From: a virus
DNA: 64,000 nucleotides
Strand: one strand, 5' to 3'
Virus record (IMG/VR): IMGVR_UViG_3300025645_000042
Coordinates: 32,001-96,000 of that record
Shown: positions 38,844 through 47,789 of the stretch, in pieces
Position numbering within the stretch: position 1 is the stretch's first letter
Layout of the letters: every line of letters starts with the position of its first letter
The notes under the pieces: model-generated
The model's database searches: none
Told to the model about the DNA's origin: nothing
Seen by the model: only the letters and a program-made list of their open reading frames with translations
Translations under genes and position numbers: made by a program

Positions 38844-39515
38844 TTAGATATTATCATCTACTTCCACATCTTCTTCAACAGAATCTGAAACTAATCCACG
38901 AGTTTTCGCCTCCCCTTCCATTACACTTGAAAAGTACATTTGTTTGGAAAAATTTCTACTTACATTTGCAATTTCAGTTCCTTCGGCTGAATCGGTATAG
39001 GTTAAAGTGTTTGATGCTGCAACACCCCAAGATTGGGCAGCTTTAACGGCCTCTTCTGTTGTGCCCATAAAAGTAACACCCCATTTTTTCTTATCGACTT
39101 TCTTTAGTAATTTTTTAATATCTTTTTGAGTAAACTCTTTAGAAGAATTTTCCTCACCATCAGTTAAGATACTAACAAATACCCCATCTTGTTTTTTACC
39201 TACCATTGCAAAAGATTTACCGATAGCATCAAATAATGCCGTACCACCATTTGCTTTATAACTTTCAACACAATCAAGAGTTACATTTTTTCTTTTCTTA
39301 GTATCTAATAATACTTCAAACCAACCTTCGTTTATTGACCAACCTTGGCTAGAGAATTGGACTAGAATTGTTCTTATTTTAGCTTCATCTTTATTCTCTT
39401 TCATATCCTTACGAATATCTTGAAGAATTTCAGTTAAACCATCTTTAACTTGTTTTGTTTTTGAATGCATACTTCCTGATGCATCTACAATAATTACATT
39501 TGTGATTTTTTTCAT
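38844..39515 (-). CDS. von Willebrand factor A domain protein
   Basis: MIDAS DASGS, GGTALFDAIG, LTDGEEN. Confidence 0.9.
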   Translation of the reverse strand: MKKITNVIIVDASGSMHSKTKQVKDGLTEILQDIRKDMKENKDEAKIRTILVQFSSQGWSINEGWFEVLLDTKKRKNVTLDCVESYKANGGTALFDAIGKSFAMVGKKQDGVFVSILTDGEENSSKEFTQKDIKKLLKKVDKKKWGVTFMGTTEEAVKAAQSWGVAASNTLTYTDSAEGTEIANVSRNFSKQMYFSSVMEGEAKTRGLVSDSVEEDVEVDDNI

Positions 39516-39602
39516 TTTATAAAATTTTTAAGGTTTAATATTCCCTGTTAATATACTATTTTTTTTTAATTAAACAAGACAATATTGAATTAGTTATTAA
39601 AT

Positions 39603-39616
39603 ACGTGATTAAACTA
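39603..39616 (+). repeat. 14-bp inverted repeat, left arm ACGTGATTAAACTA
   Basis: exact reverse complement of 40628-40641. Confidence 0.9.
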
Positions 39617-39624
39617 ATAGTTAT

Positions 39625-40536
39625 TTATTGCTTTGCTCCACAGTATGAACAAAACTTTGTTTTACATTTAGCACCACAACCACCACAATACTTTGTGTAG
39701 TAATCTTTAGCACTTAATTGTTGTTCCGATTTAGGAAATAATTTATACCTTAATACATGAAATGATGTTAATTCAAATTCACCTGTACCTTCACATAATT
39801 TTTGGTCTGATTTTGAACCTTTCTCAACCCTACCAGTTTCGATAGTTGTCGGAGTTTTAGATTTACTCTTTAAGGATTTATTTAATTTACCTTGCAATTT
39901 AGATTCATCTAATTTTGCACCCCTAAGTGATTGACTTGTATTTGTTGTTCCTATCCCAACACCCCCCGTTGTTGTAAGTGTTGTTTCACTTCTAGACGGA
40001 ATAAACATATCTTCATTAATATTTAAATTCGAGTAGGCATTATAGTTACCCGTTGATGAATCAACAAAATTAGCGTTAGTTGTTGTTAAATTGCCATTAA
40101 TATTATAATCCCCCGATGTCCAATCTAAAGTCACAGTTCCTGAACCACCCATTAAAAAATCTGGTTCTGGTATTACTATTTCTTTAAAGAATGCGATTTC
40201 CACATCACCGTTAGGTTCAATAGCTTTCTTAGCAGACTTGGTATTATCTACTTTATAGGTATCGAATAGAAACTTTTTATTTGAATCTAAGAACCTATCA
40301 AGGAATACACGTTCACCTGGTCTTAAAATTAAGCCACCTGAAATTGGTTTATTATTTAATTTGATTGTTGTAAGTACTTTATCCTGAGTTGGATTGTACA
40401 ATTCGATTTGGAATTCACTCCCTTTTTCTAGATAGTATGAAGGAATACTCTTGTTCTTCCCATACTTTTTAATCCTACTTTTATTAATAGCAAGATTAGC
40501 TGTCGGATTTTTATCCGAAGTTTTTTTAATTGTCAT
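39625..40536 (-). CDS. hypothetical protein with C-terminal Zn ribbon
   Basis: 303 aa; ends CGGC...CSYC; late motif at 40653-40646. Confidence 0.8.
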   Translation of the reverse strand: MTIKKTSDKNPTANLAINKSRIKKYGKNKSIPSYYLEKGSEFQIELYNPTQDKVLTTIKLNNKPISGGLILRPGERVFLDRFLDSNKKFLFDTYKVDNTKSAKKAIEPNGDVEIAFFKEIVIPEPDFLMGGSGTVTLDWTSGDYNINGNLTTTNANFVDSSTGNYNAYSNLNINEDMFIPSRSETTLTTTGGVGIGTTNTSQSLRGAKLDESKLQGKLNKSLKSKSKTPTTIETGRVEKGSKSDQKLCEGTGEFELTSFHVLRYKLFPKSEQQLSAKDYYTKYCGGCGAKCKTKFCSYCGAKQ

Positions 40537-40560
40537 TACTTTTTAATTTTAATAATTAAT

Positions 40561-40623
40561 GTGCTAATATTTTTGTTACCATCTGATAACTCAAAAGTCG
40601 TAAATCGACTCAAGACTAACACG
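40561..40623 (-). ncRNA. candidate structured 5' leader RNA (three-way junction)
   Basis: P1 GUGUUAGU/AUUAGCAC, P2 GAGUCG/CGACUU, P3 GUUAUC/GGUAAC paired by eye. Confidence 0.5.
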
Positions 40624-40627
40624 TAAA

Positions 40628-40641
40628 TAGTTTAATCACGT
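40628..40641 (-). repeat. 14-bp inverted repeat, right arm
   Basis: TAGTTTAATCACGT, exact reverse complement of 39603-39616. Confidence 0.9.
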
Positions 40642-40710
40642 TAATATAAATATACGGAAAATATAAAAAATGTCAAGTTTTTTAAAAGAAATAACTATAT
40701 TTATAGTATA

Positions 40711-41365
40711 ATGAAGAATATAGTAAAAAAATTATTAAGGGAAAGTTTAATGAATGAGAAGTCTATTTTAGATGTTTCATTGATGGATTTTAATATCAAA
40801 GAAATTATAGATTCTTGGTTAATGAGTTCAAGTGAAACCCCAGTTATGATGTTTAAATATGAAATGCAAGATGAGTATAATTTAAGTCCTGAAGAAAAAG
40901 AACATATTATGGATATGGATGAAGATGAAATTCTTGAAAGTGATAGATTTAAAAAATGGTTAAAATATGAAGCTGAATACAAAATAGAAAATTTTATTAG
41001 TGAAATTCAAGATTATTTTAATGGAGATACTATTACTATTTGGCGTGAAATGACGGTTCCAATGGATTGGGTTAAAGGTTTATCTAAAGGGGGGTAAACG
41101 ATTAGGTAAATTTTGGTCATTTGAGGAAGATGCAGCGGAAGCTCATTGGGGTGGTAAAGGTGAAAAAATTAAAATACAAACATCTATCAGAGAAGAATAT
41201 ATAGATTGGAATCAAACTATTGAAGCTAATATAAATCCACAAATAGGAGAAGATGAAAAAGAAATTACCCTATTCAAGAATACTCCATTAAAAATTGAGC
41301 GGTTGGTTGTTAATGATAAAGATATTGATATATTACCAATTAAAGATAAGGTTTTTAAAGCTTAA
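40711..41365 (+). pseudogene. putative R-S-ExE ADP-ribosyltransferase, split by a +1 frameshift at GGG-GGG-TAA (41089-41097)
   Basis: removing one G joins IWREM... to RLGKFWSFEEDAAEAHWG...GEDEKEITL...KVFKA-stop (217 aa). Confidence 0.6.
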
Positions 41366-42783
41366 CCTTTTCTTTCATCTACCTGAGAAGTGATAGAAAA
41401 ACTAATCACATTTTTGGTAGTTTTAACTTCCGAATTTGAAGTTGCTTTAATATCTAAAAAGTATTCAGAAGGTAATAAACTTTCTGTATCTAAAAGAAAA
41501 TAATTATAATTGAATGCTTTATTAACTGGTTGATAATCAACAACTGAATATTCAGCTTGACCTTCTTTAACATATAATCTATATTCTAAAGAATTAAGAA
41601 CTTCTTGGTCATTAGTTGTGTAAGGTACTTTTGCATTTATTCTAATTTTCCTAACATCACCACGTTTAATTCTTTCACCATTTTTAATTCCAGACACATT
41701 AAATTTATAATCTTTTGGTGTTGAAGCATCGGCACCAATGTTGTAGTATTCGTTTGAATCTTTCAATTCAAATTCTAATTCAATATCTGGACGAGTTACA
41801 CCCTTAATTACTATACCAGACCAAACGTCTTCGTATAATACACAACCCACATCAGTTGTTGGCACTAATAATTCTATTGAATATACACCAGAAGCCTCAT
41901 GGGTAATATCTGAAGATGTATAGGCTGAGAATGTTTCACCTAAATTATCTAATATATTTACACTCATACCTGAAAATGTATCAACATCACAAGGTACACC
42001 ACCCACGTTTATATATAAATAAAGTTTATTTAATTTATCTAAATAGAAATCAGCCCTATCATCTTGAATTGAACTTTCATAAACACTTTCAACGTATGGT
42101 TCGTAGAATGTTTGTGTATGTCTAGTAAAAAACCCAACATACTTTAAATTATCTTTGATTGAATCTTCAAGGGTTTCATCAAATGCCAATCCTAAGCCAT
42201 AATTTGTATCACCAGTTAAGTAACCATTAACGATATCAGTAATGTTCATTTCAAGATTTTCAGTTCCATCTTCAAAACTTTGAGTTTTAAGAATTGTTGT
42301 TCCAGTCCATGCGCTAAATATACCAGCACCTTCACTCCAACTATCACCAGTTCTAGCTTCTAACCAGTTTGATGGGTTAGTACTAATTACGGTTGCATCA
42401 CTAGATGAAAAGAATTTTTGACCAGCGAAGTCGTAACCAATACCTTCATCCCAATCTTGGTTAACTGGGAATAAATTTAAATCAAATGATGAAGTTCTAT
42501 CTTTACCATCACCAGTTTGTTGCCCTAACAATGATGCATCGAATGTACCAGTATTGGTCATTCTTAAAGTATGTTTTAATTTACTTAAATCAGGGTACAT
42601 ACCCTTAGCTCTTAAATCGATTATTCTTTGTACATCGAATTGAAATATATATCTTGTGAATAAAGGTGTATTAGCCTCATAACTACCACCATAGAATAAT
42701 TCAGCAACAGGGTTTTTACCCGTGTTTTCGGCTCTATTATAGACAATAGTGTTATTTCGGTCAAAGTAGGTTCTGATTACCAT
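41362..42783 (-). CDS. putative virion structural protein
   Basis: 473 aa beta-rich; late motif at 42807-42800; next to baseplate-like genes. Confidence 0.65.
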   Translation of the reverse strand: MVIRTYFDRNNTIVYNRAENTGKNPVAELFYGGSYEANTPLFTRYIFQFDVQRIIDLRAKGMYPDLSKLKHTLRMTNTGTFDASLLGQQTGDGKDRTSSFDLNLFPVNQDWDEGIGYDFAGQKFFSSSDATVISTNPSNWLEARTGDSWSEGAGIFSAWTGTTILKTQSFEDGTENLEMNITDIVNGYLTGDTNYGLGLAFDETLEDSIKDNLKYVGFFTRHTQTFYEPYVESVYESSIQDDRADFYLDKLNKLYLYINVGGVPCDVDTFSGMSVNILDNLGETFSAYTSSDITHEASGVYSIELLVPTTDVGCVLYEDVWSGIVIKGVTRPDIELEFELKDSNEYYNIGADASTPKDYKFNVSGIKNGERIKRGDVRKIRINAKVPYTTNDQEVLNSLEYRLYVKEGQAEYSVVDYQPVNKAFNYNYFLLDTESLLPSEYFLDIKATSNSEVKTTKNVISFSITSQVDERKG

Positions 42784-42815
42784 GGTATTTGTTTTATTTA
42801 TAAATATCTATTTTT

Positions 42816-43757
42816 TTAGTTAATTTTGATATTTTTAGATAAGAATGATTGTAAATCATATTCTAATAATCTATCAATATCATTGGCACCAGAAGCGTCT
42901 TGTGGTTTAAGACCTGGATAAGCATGTATGTGATTTATAAATGCTTCAATTAAAACTTGTAAGAATTCTATTAATTCATCACCAAACACCAAAGGGTGAG
43001 CATCTTTAACTATCTTTTGAATTTCTGTATCTGTTATCGTATCATTTTGATTATTCAATACGAATCTAGGACTACCGTTTTTATGTGTTAGTAAATTAAT
43101 TTTATTACTAACAAGATTAATTACACCACCGATTTCAGCACTTGTAGATTCGGTTGCTGGTTTTAAAGTAACATCATGTTTTATTTGAATATATGATGGA
43201 TTAACCTTATTAAATTTAGGAATTTCACCTTTTGATACACTACTATCAAATTGACCAGCTCTAATTAGAACTTGTTTTTCTTTAAGAATGATATCAGAAT
43301 TATCTCTACCTTGTAACGCAATATCTTCAATATTAGGGTATACACCTTTATTTTCAGGTATTGTAAATGGAGATGGTTGTGCTTCTCTAATACCACTACC
43401 TAATGTTGATTTGGCAGAAAATATTTCACTATCTTTATATATAAATTGTGGTTGTGAAATAATAGGACCCATATACATTCTATCAATGTTAGGGTTTTTA
43501 ACGTCAGGAAGGAATATTAATACTGTTTCATTAACCTTTGGTATAACATGTAATAGTTTTTGAACCATTGGGAATGCGTATGGAAGGTCATTTAAAGCCA
43601 CGGCATCATCAACACCAATAATTCTAACTTTAATCCTACTAGCACCTAATTCATCTTGATTAGATACAACCTTAGCATAATAAAATACTGTGGTTTCTAA
43701 CCTACGGCCAGCACCTCTATTATATATACTTGTTCCACCAAATGCGTATTTACTCAT
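42816..43757 (-). CDS. baseplate hub/central spike-like protein (gp5/VgrG OB-fold N-terminus)
   Basis: YAKVVSNQDELGASRIKVRI; C-terminal HPLVFGD...HIH. Confidence 0.6.
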   Translation of the reverse strand: MSKYAFGGTSIYNRGAGRRLETTVFYYAKVVSNQDELGASRIKVRIIGVDDAVALNDLPYAFPMVQKLLHVIPKVNETVLIFLPDVKNPNIDRMYMGPIISQPQFIYKDSEIFSAKSTLGSGIREAQPSPFTIPENKGVYPNIEDIALQGRDNSDIILKEKQVLIRAGQFDSSVSKGEIPKFNKVNPSYIQIKHDVTLKPATESTSAEIGGVINLVSNKINLLTHKNGSPRFVLNNQNDTITDTEIQKIVKDAHPLVFGDELIEFLQVLIEAFINHIHAYPGLKPQDASGANDIDRLLEYDLQSFLSKNIKIN

Positions 43758-43951
43758 TACCTATAGCTTAATCTTGCGTTTAATACTTTTTTAGATTCAA
43801 GATATTGAATATCCATTTCATCTAATTCTTTCATTAACTTTTCAATTCTAGTTGAAAGTGCAGCGATTTCATTTTTGGTTGCTTCATACTTTTCATTCAT
43901 TTCGATTTGAGCGTTAATGATTTCGTTATTTGTTTTTTCTTCCCAATTCAT
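43757..43951 (-). CDS. small coiled-coil protein
   Basis: 64 aa, heptad pattern. Confidence 0.6.
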   Translation of the reverse strand: MNWEEKTNNEIINAQIEMNEKYEATKNEIAALSTRIEKLMKELDEMDIQYLESKKVLNARLSYR

Positions 43952-43953
43952 AA

Positions 43954-44358
43954 TTATCTTATTACTCCATTACCAGATGCAATATTACTTGTCACACCTT
44001 GACTTATAATAGGCCCACCTAAATTACCAACCCCAGTTGTTATTACCTGAACACCAGGTGGAATTGCTATTTCTATTTTAGCTTCTAATTGTAATGCACT
44101 TATAATTTCTTCAGCCATGATAACCATCATTGATTCCATAATATTACTATTTTCAGAAAAAATGTCACCCGCTGGTGCACCAGCTTCAGTTTGTCTAGCA
44201 ATAACCCTAGATGCTATATTCCTAGCACTTAAACCAGGTCTTAAATTAGCACCAACCACTAATAATTGTGGTGGTAATTGAGTAATTGGAGTTCTAGGAA
44301 CATTAAAAGCCGCTTTAAGGCTATTAATTACTTTTGTCATTGAACTTACATTTGCCAT
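43954..44358 (-). CDS. hypothetical protein, baseplate region
   Basis: 134 aa ORF. Confidence 0.7.
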   Translation of the reverse strand: MANVSSMTKVINSLKAAFNVPRTPITQLPPQLLVVGANLRPGLSARNIASRVIARQTEAGAPAGDIFSENSNIMESMMVIMAEEIISALQLEAKIEIAIPPGVQVITTGVGNLGGPIISQGVTSNIASGNGVIR

Positions 44359-44364
44359 ATTATT

Positions 44365-45807
44365 TTATATTAATCCAGATACACCTCTTAATATATCTGT
44401 TGATGAACCAACAAGACTCGCTAATTGAGCTTTCTGACCTTTCACCCTTTCTATTTGAGTTTTTATTATATTTTCAGAAACTAATGTTCTAACTTCTCTT
44501 AAAACTCTTTCTAAAATTATTGATACCACCGCTTCACGGACACTTTTTAAGACTGTTGTTAACAATATCTTATTCTTTTTCATAAAGTCTTCAACATTAT
44601 CAAATGTTGACCCATAAATAATGGTATGATTTAATGCTAAAATAGCAATCAATTTTGGTGATAAAATAACACCTACGATTGCATTCATAATAGTCTTCAA
44701 CATACTTTCAATAAAGTTTAATTGAATACTAAATTTATCACCATTACTAACGTTATTGGCTGATTCATTAGATAATGAATCTAGAGCGTTCCTAACTATT
44801 GTTGTTTTTTGCTCAATTAATTCTGGTGTATTTATTTGGTCATTGAATGAATTTAAATTTTCATCAACTTCCGCTAACGATTCAAATGAAATACTTGACT
44901 CTATATTATCACATGTAGTCACAATCATTATACCTTTTCTTCTCATTTCACTTTTAAATTCTATCTCAGAAATTTCTTGATTACTAAATCGGAAATAACT
45001 GTCATCTAAAATTATATCATCATCAGCATTAATTATTCTATCAATTATTTCTTGTATTTTAATTTCGTTTTCAATGGTGCGCTTATTTTTATTTACTTTT
45101 AAAGAAATTGTACCAAATATTGATTCAATGATAGAGTTTATTAATTTATTAGTGTTTAATAGTTTAATACTATCAATATAATCATTGTTGAAGTCTGTTA
45201 ATTTATTAGAAGCATAAGCTGAATTAGGTTTTAGATTAACGATGTTATTTGGTAAATTAACATCGGTAGCTTCTTGATTAAATTTAACATCTAATATACT
45301 TGTACTTAAAGTTTGGGTACCCCAAGAACTAGTTCCACCATTATCTTGAATGACTTCAAATAAAAATGTATTAAAATCTGTACTGTTTGTACCTGTGTTA
45401 ACATCATTATAAAGAAGTTTACCAGCATCCGATATTGGATTAACTTTAAACATATCAAGTAAATCTATTTTACTTAATTCTAAATCAATACCATCATCTA
45501 TAAATGATTGAGGTAGAGATGGGTTAATACCACAACTCACGAGCTGTTTTAAGGCCAATTTAAGAGCTTTTTTAATCTCAAGCTCTATATCATCCAGATT
45601 ATGGGTTAAAACGTCTACAAGCGTCTCTTTTAACGATTCAAATCCAATAAGAGCTTTAGCCAAATCCACTAAAAAATTTAGACTATTTGGTGATTGAGAT
45701 ATTGAAGGTAACGAATTAGAAATAGAAAATTTAGGGAATCCTTCTGAAGAAACCCTTAAAGCGGCTATTTGACCAAATACTTCAGATTTTTCTTTAGTAA
45801 TATCCAT
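44365..45807 (-). CDS. hypothetical protein, probably structural
   Basis: 480 aa ORF in late operon. Confidence 0.75.
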   Translation of the reverse strand: MDITKEKSEVFGQIAALRVSSEGFPKFSISNSLPSISQSPNSLNFLVDLAKALIGFESLKETLVDVLTHNLDDIELEIKKALKLALKQLVSCGINPSLPQSFIDDGIDLELSKIDLLDMFKVNPISDAGKLLYNDVNTGTNSTDFNTFLFEVIQDNGGTSSWGTQTLSTSILDVKFNQEATDVNLPNNIVNLKPNSAYASNKLTDFNNDYIDSIKLLNTNKLINSIIESIFGTISLKVNKNKRTIENEIKIQEIIDRIINADDDIILDDSYFRFSNQEISEIEFKSEMRRKGIMIVTTCDNIESSISFESLAEVDENLNSFNDQINTPELIEQKTTIVRNALDSLSNESANNVSNGDKFSIQLNFIESMLKTIMNAIVGVILSPKLIAILALNHTIIYGSTFDNVEDFMKKNKILLTTVLKSVREAVVSIILERVLREVRTLVSENIIKTQIERVKGQKAQLASLVGSSTDILRGVSGLI

Positions 45808-45813
45808 TTATTT

Positions 45814-46179
45814 TTATTTATTGTCTCTTTCTTTTAACAATTCTCTAATTTTAGCAAAGCTTTGGTTATTAACAACTTCTGGATTTTCTTTAATCGCTGA
45901 AGATATACTACCATTATGTTTTATAATTTCATTTTGTAGTTTACCAATATCTAATTTGGTTTTGATTGCAGAATCTTTAAGTTTTAGCGCATCAGTTTTA
46001 GCTTTTGCTACTTTTACCCAATCATCAATATCTTCTGGGTCTGAACCAGCAGATACTTCATTAACTACTTTTTGAGCGTCATTAATTTGAGTGCACGTAT
46101 TATTATAAACTTCTTGTAATAACCCTTGTAAAGAATCATTACTATTAATTTCTATTGATTGTTTTTTTTTCCTTGGCAT
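45814..46179 (-). CDS. hypothetical protein
   Basis: 121 aa helical ORF. Confidence 0.7.
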   Translation of the reverse strand: MPRKKKQSIEINSNDSLQGLLQEVYNNTCTQINDAQKVVNEVSAGSDPEDIDDWVKVAKAKTDALKLKDSAIKTKLDIGKLQNEIIKHNGSISSAIKENPEVVNNQSFAKIRELLKERDNK

Positions 46180-46245
46180 AACTTATGTTTTATAATAAAT
46201 AGGTAAAAATAGAGTTTTAGTTATAATAAGAAAATTGATAAGGGT

Positions 46246-46986
46246 TTATAAGTAGCCCTTATCAATTTTATCTGTTTTGGTTAGTTCATATATGGTTTTA
46301 TACCTTCTCATAGCAATTCTAATATCTTTAGTTACTAATCCAGTATATTCTCTAATGGTACCAAGAATACTATTCTTGTTAAATTTGGAACTCTTATTAA
46401 GAGTTGCAAATAAAGTTTCCCAATCACCTAAGATATATAATAACGCTTCACCAACTTTACGTTCATTTTCTGTCATCTTCTTTTTCTCTATACCTTCTAA
46501 CTCTAATTCGTTTTGAATTTCCCCACACATAGTATCAATTAAATCGCTTAAACCATAATCGGTTTCTGATAAATGGTATACATACTCATCTTTTTCATGT
46601 ACCTTACCTAAAGATTTTTGGAAATCTACAGTTTGGTTAATGTATTTATCATCTTTGATTAATAAACCTAAAATGTAATGTTTACATATAGTCCCATAAT
46701 AAGAAAACGCTCTTTTACCTTTTTCTGGTTTGAATTTATCTGCTTTAAGGATAAGATAAGAGAGAGTATCGCTGTGTAAATTCTCAAAAGAGTAGTCTTT
46801 TCTATATAATTTATAACGTCTAATAATAGACTCAATCATTATATTAAAGGCATGTCTAAGATGTTTATTATAAATTCGATTTCTTTCTATTTCATCACCT
46901 TCATTTAAAAATCTAACCACAGCTGCTTCTTGTTCGGGGCCGAAATATAAACCATTTGTTCTTTTTCGTCCTCTTTTTTTAGTCAT
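46246..46986 (-). CDS. sigma-factor-like protein (T4 gp55-like late sigma candidate)
   Basis: region-2-like KADKFKPEKGKRAFSYYGTICKHYI. Confidence 0.55.
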   Translation of the reverse strand: MTKKRGRKRTNGLYFGPEQEAAVVRFLNEGDEIERNRIYNKHLRHAFNIMIESIIRRYKLYRKDYSFENLHSDTLSYLILKADKFKPEKGKRAFSYYGTICKHYILGLLIKDDKYINQTVDFQKSLGKVHEKDEYVYHLSETDYGLSDLIDTMCGEIQNELELEGIEKKKMTENERKVGEALLYILGDWETLFATLNKSSKFNKNSILGTIREYTGLVTKDIRIAMRRYKTIYELTKTDKIDKGYL

Positions 46987-47789
46987 TAAGATTTGTCTAT
47001 TTTTTCATAAGAAATATTTCTATCATTTACATGAAAATATTCTTTTTTTGCTAAAGATAACCACCATCTAGATTCATCTATTGATAATTCTTTTTTGTAT
47101 TGGTCAAATAGGCTACCTTCCCTGTTATTAATATGTTTATACCCTAATTTAGGAATAACCATAACTTTACATGATTTAAATGTGAATCTTAATAAGAATT
47201 CATTTATGAAACTTAGTTTTATACTTTCTTTCATACCACCATATTCCTTATAAGCATCTTTTAACATTGCCATACCATCAATATTAAAATTTTGATATCT
47301 TAATAATGCAGCATTATCTAGAACCCCCATTTCATCTGAGAATTGTGAAGCCCATACAGCTTCATTAGTAAACCCTAAAAAATTACCAACTGGGTCAACA
47401 TCTAGAATCATAGGTAAGAAAATTTGAACATTTGGATAGGCTTCTTTATACTTAATAACATTACTAATCCAAATATCACCCAATTCATCATCTTGTTCTA
47501 AGAAAACAAACCATTTGGTTTTACAATTTTTAACTCCAATGTTTAATTGTGATGCAAAATCGGTTGAAGACTTATGAGTGACAATATCAAAGATTAACCC
47601 ATCTTCTTGATTTATTATTTTAGTTAATAAATCTTGGTCATCTTTTCTATCTCCAACCACAAACATTACTGAATCTGGTTTTACTCGTTGTCTAGCTATT
47701 GATTTTATGGCGTTTATTAATAATCCCTCATCTATATCATAAATAGGGATTATTACCGTAATATCTGTTTTTTCTTTTTTATTGCTCAT
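46986..47789 (-). CDS. GT-A (GT2-like) glycosyltransferase
   Basis: ITVIIP, FLEQDDE DxD-like motif. Confidence 0.8.
   Translation of the reverse strand: MSNKKEKTDITVIIPIYDIDEGLLINAIKSIARQRVKPDSVMFVVGDRKDDQDLLTKIINQEDGLIFDIVTHKSSTDFASQLNIGVKNCKTKWFVFLEQDDELGDIWISNVIKYKEAYPNVQIFLPMILDVDPVGNFLGFTNEAVWASQFSDEMGVLDNAALLRYQNFNIDGMAMLKDAYKEYGGMKESIKLSFINEFLLRFTFKSCKVMVIPKLGYKHINNREGSLFDQYKKELSIDESRWWLSLAKKEYFHVNDRNISYEKIDKS

Noticed and set aside
39603-40641. Retron a1/a2 repeats or IS terminal repeats
   Set aside because: No reverse transcriptase or transposase; the enclosed gene resembles neither; no target-site duplication seen
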